From Mesoplasma florum L1 (GTDB lineage Bacteria; Bacillota_I; Bacilli_A; Mycoplasmatales; Mycoplasmataceae): a stretch of DNA of 32,000 bases. The stretch spans positions 1 to 32,000 of the forward strand of contig NC_006055.1 of NCBI RefSeq assembly GCF_000008305.1. The letters run 5' to 3'. The notes under the pieces are model-generated. The model did not search any database. It saw nothing but the letters and a program-made list of their open reading frames with translations, and was not told the DNA's origin. This document shows, in pieces, positions 1 to 9,836 of this stretch (the first letter of the stretch is position 1; the number at the start of each line of letters is the position of its first letter). A program made the position numbers and the translations under genes.

Positions 1-1332
1 ATGGAAACAAAAGCACTTTGAGAAAAATTAATTAATAAGTTAAAGAAGGAAAAATTAATAGATCAAGACATTATTGAAGAATATATTGTTACTTCAGAAT
101 TAATTAAAATTTCAAATACAGAGTTCGTAATCCTTGTTAGATCTAATCTTGGTGTAACTATTTTAAATGAATTTAAAGAAGTATTTGTGTACGAATTTAA
201 ATCAGTTTTAAACAGTTATGTGTCTGTTGATTTTTTAACTAAAGAAATTTTTGAGAAAAATACAAAAAAAGAGAATAAAAAAGAACCCATAAATACTGTT
301 TTATCTGAAAATGCACTTACTTTTGAGAATTTTATAGTTGGGTCAAGTAATAAACAAGCTAATTTAGCTGCTAAAAATGTTGTTGCAAACCCTGGTATGA
401 GTTTTAATCCTTTATTTATTTATGGAGATTCAGGACTGGGTAAAACACATTTATTACAAGCTATTAAAAATCAAGCAGAATTAAATGGAAAAAAAGTTTT
501 ATATTTAACATCTGAAGAATTTACAAAAAGAATTGTTAATGCTTTAAACAAAGGTGATTTAAGTGAAATAGAAGAATTAAAAACTGAGATAAATTCTAAT
601 GAATTCTTTATTTTAGATGATGTTCAATTTTTAAGTAAAAAAGATAAAACAAACGAGTTTTTCTTTAACATTATTAACAATTTTACTGAAAATGGTAAAC
701 AATTAGTTTTTTCTAGTGATAAAACTCCTGAATTGTTAAATGGTTTTGATAAAAGAATGATAACTAGATTTAATTCAGGTTTATCAACACCTATTAATGC
801 TTTAGATATTCCAACTGCCAAATTGATAATTGAAGCTGAAATTAAAAAACAAGGTTTAAAACAAAAAATTAAAGAAGATGCCGTTGTTTACTTAGCTCAA
901 AACTTTAGCGATGATGTTAGAAAAATTAAAGGTTTAGTTAATAGATTACTTTTCTTTGGTATTCAAAACGATTTAGGTCACATAATTGATTTGGAAGATG
1001 TTATTGACTTATTTAAAGATACACCTTCAGCTAATTTAGGATTATTAAATGTTAAAAAAATTAAAGAAGTTGTTGCTAAAAAATATGATGTTACTATAAA
1101 AGCCATCGATGGTAAAGCAAGAACAACTGCTATAAAAAATGCTAGACATCTTTCTATGTATTTTGCAAAAATAATTTTAAACCATACATCAACTCAAATT
1201 GGTGCAGAATTTGGTGGAAGAGATCATAGTACAGTTTTAAGTGCTATTTCGCGTATTGAAAAATTAATATATAAAGAAAAAGAATTCAAAAAAATAGTTG
1301 AGTCTTTAAAAAACGAAATAATAGGAAAATAG
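1..1332 (+). CDS. dnaA: Chromosomal replication initiator protein DnaA
   Basis: ATG at base 1. The frame is continuous with track ORF 187..1332 once TGA 19-21 is read as Trp. Walker A GDSGLGKTHLL, a DDVQF box and the C-terminal DnaA-box-binding region ARHLSMYF..GGRDHSTV are present. Stop is TAG 1330-1332. Confidence 0.96.
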
Positions 1333-1358
1333 ATGTAAATTCGCATCTATTTTTTTTG
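1330..1358 (+). terminator. Intrinsic terminator after dnaA
   Basis: Hairpin TAGATG-taaattcg-CATCTA followed by a run of 8 T. Confidence 0.6.
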
Positions 1359-1367
1359 TGTGGAAAA
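1359..1367 (-). promoter_or_regulatory. DnaA box (TGTGGAAAA, reverse complement TTTTCCACA)
   Basis: One mismatch to the TTATCCACA consensus. It lies in the dnaA-dnaN spacer, inverted relative to the box at 1429. Confidence 0.6.
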
Positions 1368-1428
1368 GAAATTAAACTTGTTGAATAAAAAGTCATTTAA
1401 ACCTTTATTTACCGTTGTTTTATGAGTG

Positions 1429-1437
1429 TTTTCCACA
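1429..1437 (+). promoter_or_regulatory. DnaA box (TTTTCCACA)
   Basis: Same 9-mer as 1359-1367 in the opposite orientation, 61 nt away. Confidence 0.6.
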
Positions 1438-1556
1438 TATCAACTGCATTATAAATATTACTTATATAAAGAATAATATAATATATAAAAGCATGCGTAT
1501 TTCTTTTGTTTTTATTTTATAAATATGAGATAATATATATTGTAAATAAGAGGTGT
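1438..1556. other. AT-rich tract, candidate DNA-unwinding element of oriC
   Basis: Almost pure A/T sequence (e.g. TATAAATATTACTTATATAAAGAATAATATAATATATAAAAG) directly next to the DnaA-box pair and upstream of dnaN. Confidence 0.4.
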
Positions 1557-1559
1557 TAT

Positions 1560-2681
1560 ATGAGATTAAGTATAAATAAATCAGTTCTATTAAATGAATT
1601 AACAAAGGCAAGTAAATTAATTGAACTTAAAAATGTTAACCCAGCATTACAAGGGGTTTATATGGAAGTTAGTTTTGATAAACTTGTTATAGTTTCATCA
1701 AACACGTCTACATCTTTTAAAGCTGAATTAAATAATGAAAACTCAGATTTAATCATAGAACAACCAGGACGTATATTAGTTAAACCTAAATTTATTTTAG
1801 AATTACTTAGAAAGTTAGACAGTGAGTTTGTAACACTTTCTACATTTGCTGAAAATGAATTAGAAATAATAACAGAAAAATCAAATTTAAAAGTTTCTAT
1901 ATTAAATGTAGAAGAATTCCCATTAATTGGTTTTGTTGAAAATGGTTTAGAATTATCTATTGATTCTCAAGAATTTAAAAGCACACTTACTCAAACTATT
2001 AGTTCAATTAATGAATGAAACCAAAAAGTTGTTTTAGCTGGAATGAATTTAAAAATAAAAGATAACAAAATATCATTTGTTACAACTGACTTATTTAGAG
2101 TTAGTTTAAAAGAAATCATTTTAAATGAAGCAACTAATCAGGAAGTAGATATTATTATTCCATACAAAACTTTAATAGAATTAAGAAACTTAATAGAAAA
2201 CGTTAAAGAATTTAAAATTATAATACATGATACTAATGCAACATTTAAATTAGATAATGATTTATTACAATCTACTTTAATTGATGGAAGATATCCAAAT
2301 GTTCATTCAGCATTCCCTACAACACATGAAATAAAATTAGAATTAAAAGCTAAAACATTATTAAAAGTTTTAAGTAGATTTGAATTAACAAACGATCAAA
2401 ACATTACTTCAGTTGTTAATTTAGAAATTCAACAAAGTGGAATTATATTAAAAACAACAATTGCTGAAACAGTTAAATATGAAGAAAAATTTACAGAATA
2501 TAAATATGAAGGTTCAAGTAATTTAAATATTAACTTTAATACAAAATATTTAATTGAAGCTATAAGAAGTTTTGATGATCAACTAATTCATTTAACTTTT
2601 AATTCTCAAAATAAACCTGTATTAATAACAGGAGCACAAAAAAGAGATTTGAAACAAGTAGTTTTACCAACTTATGCATAA
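1560..2681 (+). CDS. dnaN: DNA polymerase III beta subunit (sliding clamp)
   Basis: RBS AAGAGGTG lies 6 nt before ATG 1560. Track ORFs 1506..2018 and 2043..2681 share a frame and are joined through TGA 2016-2018. Length is 373 aa, and the position after dnaA is typical. The N-terminus MRLSINKSVLLNEL is clamp-like. Confidence 0.93.
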
Positions 2682-2682
2682 T

Positions 2683-2717
2683 AAAAAAATCAGGAAATTT
2701 CCTGATTTTATTTTTTT
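2683..2717. terminator. Bidirectional intrinsic terminator (dnaN convergent with the minus-strand gene)
   Basis: Palindrome ATCAGGA-aatt-TCCTGAT flanked by an A-run on the left and a T-run on the right, so it can serve both convergent genes. Confidence 0.7.
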
Positions 2718-3682
2718 GTATTATTAAACTTTAAAGAACCTTCAATATCTGAATATCCACGTTTTTTTGAAATAGTAACTGGGAAGTTAAAGAAATCTTC
2801 AAAGAAATCTTTAACACCACTTATACCAGCTAATTCACCAGTAACATATAATCCATTTTTAACAACACCACTTCTAACTAATGCTGAAGAATTTTCTAAA
2901 ACAGATGTTATTAAGCTTTTGTAGTTTGTAAAAGATTTAATGAAAATCTTTTTAAATTCTTCACTAACGCAAACAACACTTCTTCTTTCGTTAGTAATAA
3001 TATCTTTACCTACGATACTTAATTCTAATTCATCTCTTAATTTAATAATTGTTCCAAGTGATCATTTAATTTTTTCAATCATATCACTATCAACAGAAAT
3101 AGAATATTCTTCTTTAATAAATTGATTTAAAGAATCATCTAAAAATTTCTCAGCATAAATTGTTTCTTTTTCTTTAATTATTTTACCTTCAACAATTAAA
3201 GCAACTTTAGCGTAAGCTTGATTAATATCTAAAATTAATACTCCATATTCATCTTTAATATCTGCATTAGCACCTAAAGCAGAAAGTATTATTCTTGGAG
3301 AAAAAGAAATTGAAGCAAAGTTTGTATTCTCGCTAAATAAATTTTGGAAGAATTCTTGAATGAAGTCATTATCTGAGTTAGGACAAGATATAACAATTTT
3401 AGCTCCGTCAAATTCGTCTTTAAATCTTTCAACAAGAATTGTTACATATTGTTTAAAAATTTCTAAATCTTGAATAATGTACTTATCAAGAATATTAACA
3501 ACTTTTAAAGGATCATCTAGTCTACCAATAGTATTTTTAACATCACGACCATATAAAACAATTTCAGTTGTTAAAACGTTTCAACAAACTAAACTAAAGT
3601 CATCGTAAATTTTGCCTTTCTCAGATGAAATTATTCTTGTAAATTCTTCACCAAAAACTATTCCTATTTTTTTATCACTCAT
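2708..3682 (-). CDS. Actin-fold MreB-like protein with degenerate nucleotide-binding motifs (hypothetical)
   Basis: Hand translation on the minus strand runs from ATG (complement of 3680-3682, RBS GTGAGGA upstream) to TAA (complement of 2708-2710). This gives 975 nt, 324 aa and two TGA Trp codons. The track misses it because there is no internal ATG/GTG/TTG after the first TGA. The protein is collinear with the MreB layout: IGIVFGEEFT at the phosphate-1 position, GRDVKNTIGR resembling MreB G.DAK.M.GR, LILDINQAYAKVAL at phosphate-2, and LYVTGELAGISGVKDFF at the adenosine motif. Confidence 0.75.
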
Positions 3683-3716
3683 AATATTCCTCACTTTTCT
3701 CACATTAATTATAGTA

Positions 3717-3722
3717 TATAAT
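3717..3722 (+). promoter_or_regulatory. Candidate -10 box (TATAAT) for rnmV-rsmA
   Basis: TATAAT lies about 28 nt upstream of the rnmV start, in the divergent intergenic region. No convincing -35 was found. Confidence 0.3.
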
Positions 3723-3750
3723 AAACTTAATGTTAGATATAGGTGAATTA

Positions 3751-4278
3751 ATGGCAAATGAAATAATTATTGTTGAAGGTAAATCAGATTCACAAAAATT
3801 AAAGAAAATTTATGGCGAAAATTTAATAACATTCGAAACAAATGGACTAGGAATTGATGATAAAAAATTAAATTCCATAAAAGAATTAAGTAAAAAAAAT
3901 AAAATTATAATTTTTACAGATCCAGACGGACCAGGTAAAAAAATTAGAGAAACAATAATTGAATTTTTAGATGTTGATGTTTTTAATGCATTTGTTTCAA
4001 AGCAAGATATTGATAAAAATTCTAAAAAAATAGGTTTAGCTGAAGCAAGTGAAGAAGCTATTAAAAAAGCTTTAGATAATTTAATTACATATAATAAAAA
4101 AAATATTTCAATTTCTTGAGATGAATATGTTAAAAATGATTTTTACATAAAAGCAAACAGAATTATAATTGCTAATCATTTTAATTTGAGTGAAGATATG
4201 AGTTCAAAGAGTTTATTCAAATGATTAAATTGAATGAATTTAAAAGTTAAAGATATAGAAAAAATAATAGGTGAGTAG
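3751..4278 (+). CDS. rnmV: Ribonuclease M5 (Toprim domain, 5S rRNA maturase)
   Basis: RBS AGGTGA lies 4 nt before ATG 3751. Toprim motifs IIIVEGKSDSQKL and IIIFTDPDGPGKKIR are present. The frame continues through TGA at 4117, 4222 and 4231 to TAG 4276-4278, giving 175 aa. Confidence 0.88.
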
Positions 4279-4279
4279 A

Positions 4280-5083
4280 ATGAAAGTTGAAGCAAAGAAA
4301 AAATTTGGTCAAAACTTTATTAGTGATCAAAATTTAATTAATAAGATAGTTTCAATATTAGGTAATGATAAAGATCAACTAATTATAGAAATTGGTCCAG
4401 GAACAGGAGCACTAACTAAATTACTTGCACAAAAATATAACAAAGTAGTAGCAATAGAAATTGATACTGACATGGAGCCTATTTTAAAAAAAGAAATAAC
4501 AAATGACAATTTCGAATTATTTCTTTCAGATGTGTTATTAGTTGATTTTGAAAAATTAATAAAAGAAAAAAGACAACATGAAAATCAAAAAGTTTCAATA
4601 ATTTCTAACATGCCTTACTATATAACAAGTGAAATACTTTTTAGAACATTAAATGTAAGTGATAAGTTAACAAAAGCTGTTTTTATGATGCAAAAAGAAG
4701 TTGCTATTAGAGTGTGTTCATATAAAGGCGAAAATAATTACAATAATCTTTCAGTTGCTTGTGAATTTTATGCAGATAAAAAATATGAGTTTACAGTTCC
4801 TAAACATATGTTCTACCCAGTACCGAAAGTGGATTCTGCAATAATATCATTAACATTCAACAATAAATACACTGAACAAATTAAAGACAAAGATAAATTC
4901 TTAACATTTTTAAGAAAAATATTTAATAACAGAAGAAAAACAATATTGAATAATTTATCAAATGTAACTAATGACAAAACAAAAGCTAATGAAATCCTTG
5001 ATAATCTTAATATTGATAAATCATTAAGACCTGAAGTAGTTGGTTTAGAAGACTTTATTAGAATTTACAACAAAACTAGATAA
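4280..5083 (+). CDS. rsmA: 16S rRNA (adenine1518/1519-N6)-dimethyltransferase
   Basis: RBS AGGTGA precedes ATG 4280. Motifs: KKKFGQNF, SAM-binding IIEIGPGTGALT, and NMPYYITS. Length is 267 aa. Confidence 0.93.
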   Translation: MKVEAKKKFGQNFISDQNLINKIVSILGNDKDQLIIEIGPGTGALTKLLAQKYNKVVAIEIDTDMEPILKKEITNDNFELFLSDVLLVDFEKLIKEKRQHENQKVSIISNMPYYITSEILFRTLNVSDKLTKAVFMMQKEVAIRVCSYKGENNYNNLSVACEFYADKKYEFTVPKHMFYPVPKVDSAIISLTFNNKYTEQIKDKDKFLTFLRKIFNNRRKTILNNLSNVTNDKTKANEILDNLNIDKSLRPEVVGLEDFIRIYNKTR

Positions 5084-5095
5084 TATTTTGTAATT

Positions 5096-5127
5096 AAAAG
5101 TGGCTTCTTGCTACTTTTTTAATTTTT
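5096..5127 (+). terminator. Intrinsic terminator after rsmA
   Basis: Stem AAAAGTGGC / GCTACTTTT (one G-U pair), loop TTCTT, followed by T-rich TTTTAATTTTT. Confidence 0.6.
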
Positions 5128-5301
5128 ATTTGTGCTAAAAACTTGAAATAAAGCAATTTAAGGGCATTTTTTAAGCATTTTATTAAAAATCAGTACTTTT
5201 TATGGGTTTTAACTCCATTGCCTGTTTTTATAGTAAAAATGGCTTAATTAATATATAATATATATTAAGGAAACTTAGAAAGAAACGGGTGAACAAATTA
5301 T

Positions 5302-7209
<1,908 letters not shown>

Positions 7210-7235
7210 ACAAAGAATAGAAAAGGTGAATTAAA

Positions 7236-9713
7236 ATGAGTGAAAAAAACTTAGAACATAACCACGGTATTATCAAGGGTATTGATATTGCTGCTGAGGT
7301 TAGAAAAGACTTTTTAGAATATTCAATGTCTGTTATTGTTAGTCGTGCGCTTCCAGACTTGAAAGATGGTTTAAAACCTGTTCACCGTCGTATTATTTAT
7401 GCGATGAATGACTTAGGTATTACTGCAGATAAACCACACAAAAAATCAGCACGTATTGTTGGGGAAGTTATTGGTAAGTACCACCCCCATGGTGATACAG
7501 CTGTTTATGATTCAATGGTAAGAATGGCTCAAGACTTTTCATACCGTTACCCATTAGTTGATGGACATGGTAACTTTGGTTCAATCGATGGTGATGGAGC
7601 TGCTGCTATGCGTTATACCGAAGCTAGATTAGCTAAAGTATCAAACTTCATCATTAAAGATATTGATATGAACACCGTTCCTTTTGTTGATAACTATGAT
7701 GCTAGTGAAAGAGAACCTGCTTATTTAACAGGATACTTCCCTAACTTATTAGCCAATGGAGCTATGGGTATTGCTGTTGGGATGGCAACAAGTATTCCAC
7801 CCCACAACTTAAGAGAAGTAATTAGTGCAATTCATGCTTTCATTGATAATAAAGACATTACAATTGATGAAATTTTAGATAACCACATTATGGGACCAGA
7901 TTTCCCAACAGGTGCGTTAATGACAAATGGAATCAGAATGCGTGAAGGTTATAAAACTGGTAGAGGTGCTGTAACTATTCGTGCTAAAGTAGCTCTTGAA
8001 GAAAATGATCGTCATGCAAGATTTATAATTACTGAAATTCCATACCAAACTAATAAAGCTAAATTAATTGAAAGAATTGCTGAATTGGTTAAAACAAAAC
8101 AATTAGAAGGTATCTCAGATATTCGTGATGAATCTAACTATGAAGGTATCAGAATTGTTATTGAATTAAGACGTGATTCAAATCCAGATGTTGTTTTATC
8201 TAAGTTATATAAATTTACTAACTTACAAACAACATATTCATTAAACTTATTATCATTACATAATAACATTCCTGTGTTATTGGATTTAAAATCAATTATT
8301 AAACATTATGTTGATTTCCAAATCAATGTAATTATTAAACGTTCAATTTTTGAAAAAGATAAAATTGAAAAACGTTTCCACATCTTAGAGGCTTTAGATA
8401 CTGCATTAGATAACATTGATGCTATTGTTAATATTTTAAGAAACTCACCAGAGTCAAACGAAGCTAAAATGAAATTAACAGAAGCGTTTGGATTTGATGA
8501 AGAACAAAACAAAGCTATCTTAGATATGAGATTACAACGTTTAGTTGGATTAGAACGTGGAAAAATTCAACAAGAAATGGCTCAAATCAAAGAAAGAATT
8601 GATTATTTAACATTATTAATTTCTGATGAAACAGAACAAAACAATGTTCTTAAAAATCAATTATCTGAAATTGCTGAAAAATTCGGTGATAACAGAAGAA
8701 CTGAAACAATTGATGAAGGATTAATGGACATCGAAGATGAAGAATTAATTCCTGATGTTAAAACAATGATTCTTTTAAGTGATGAAGGATATATCCGTCG
8801 TGTTGATCCAGAAGAATTTAGAGTTCAAAAACGTGGTGGTAGAGGAGTTAGTGTTAACTCATCTAATGAAGACCCAATTGTAATTGCTACAATGGGTAAA
8901 ATGCGTGACTGAGTATTATTCTTTACTAATTCAGGAAAAGTATTTAGAACAAAAGCATATAACATTAGACAATACTCACGTACAGCACGTGGATTACCAA
9001 TTGTTAACTTCTTAAATGGATTAACAGCTGGAGATAAAATTACAGCTATTCTTCCATTAAGAAATGTAAAAGAAAAAATGAATTACTTAACTTTCATTAC
9101 TGAAAAAGGAATGATTAAAAAAACAGATATTTCATTATTCGACAATATTAACAAGAATGGTAAGATTGCTATTAACTTAAAAGAAGATGATCAATTAGTA
9201 ACAGTATTTGCAACAACTGGAGAAGATACAATTTTTGTTGCTAATAAATCAGGAAAAGTTATTAGAATCCAAGAAAATATTGTTAGACCACTTTCAAGAA
9301 CAGCATCAGGAGTTAAAGCTATTAAACTTGATGAAAATGATGTTGTGGTTGGAGCAGTTACTTCATTTGGAATTGAAAACATAACAACTATTTCATCAAA
9401 AGGAAGCTTCAAGAAAACAAATATTGATGAATATAGAATTTCAGGCCGTAATGGAAAAGGAATTAAAGTAATGAACCTAAATGAAAAAACAGGTGACTTT
9501 AAATCAATTATTGCAGCTAGAGAAACTGATTTAGTATGTATTATTTCAACTGATGGAAACTTAATTAAAACTAAAGCATCAGACATTCCTGTTTTAGGAA
9601 GAGCTGCGGCGGGAGTTAGAGGTATTCGTTTAAGTGAAGGTAATAAAATTCAAGCAGTAATGCTTGAGTACCGTAAACATGGAGAAGAAAACCAAGAATT
9701 CGAAGAAGATTAA
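7236..9713 (+). CDS. gyrA: DNA gyrase subunit A
   Basis: RBS AAAGGTGA precedes ATG 7236. Motifs: [19 protein letters not shown], and the catalytic-Tyr region [10 protein letters not shown]. Track ORFs 7236..8912 and 9078..9713 share a frame and are joined through TGA 8910. Length is 825 aa. Confidence 0.97.
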
Positions 9714-9738
9714 AAAAGAGGGCAACCTCTTTTTTTTA
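9714..9738 (+). terminator. Intrinsic terminator after gyrA
   Basis: Stem AAAGAGG / CCTCTTT, loop GCAA, then a T-run. Confidence 0.75.
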
Positions 9739-9772
9739 TAAAGTATTTCGATAAAAACGAAATACTTTATAA
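9736..9772. promoter_or_regulatory. Perfect 15-bp inverted repeat (TTATAAAGTATTTCG-n7-CGAAATACTTTATAA), candidate operator
   Basis: I verified the two arms base by base as exact reverse complements. The right arm overlaps the TATAAT at 9768-9773 upstream of the PTS gene. Confidence 0.5.
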
Positions 9773-9773
9773 T
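9768..9773 (+). promoter_or_regulatory. Candidate -10 box (TATAAT) of the PTS/beta-glucosidase operon
   Basis: TATAAT lies 64 nt upstream of the preferred PTS start and immediately after the gyrA terminator. Confidence 0.4.
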
Positions 9774-9836
9774 TTTAAGATGCTAAAAGAAAAAGCTTTA
9801 TATTATGGGAAAATATTCCAGAAAGGAAATAGTTAT

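Noticed and set aside
9191-9586. A 131-aa minus-strand ORF inside gyrA. Similar antisense or alternative-frame track ORFs occur at 624..821, 2940..3125, 5316..5510, 5612..5836, 8306..8512, 9833..10174, 10709..11134, 12816..13007, 13583..13798, 19069..19506, 20265..20597, 21498..21698, 21997..22206, 22405..22602, 26874..27326, 27730..27987 and 27918..28115.
   Set aside because: All lie entirely within, or opposite, well-supported genes with clear family motifs. Their translations are low-complexity (Ile/Leu/Ser/Phe-rich) with no recognisable motif, and none has a convincing RBS. They are shadow ORFs of the kind expected in AT-rich DNA.
9736-9772. The palindrome could be a BglG/SacY-type RAT antiterminator target.
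   Set aside because: No BglG/LicT-family antiterminator gene (PRD domains) is present in the window. The element overlaps the promoter rather than a leader terminator, so an operator or hairpin interpretation is kept instead.
9780-9836. ATG at 9780 as the start of the PTS gene, which would add 19 residues (MLKEKALYYGKIFQKGNSY).
   Set aside because: No RBS precedes 9780, and it lies only about 7 nt after the candidate -10 box. ATG 9837 has an AAAGGAAA RBS and begins directly at the conserved EIIA sequence (IYAPVD). The upstream start cannot be fully excluded.
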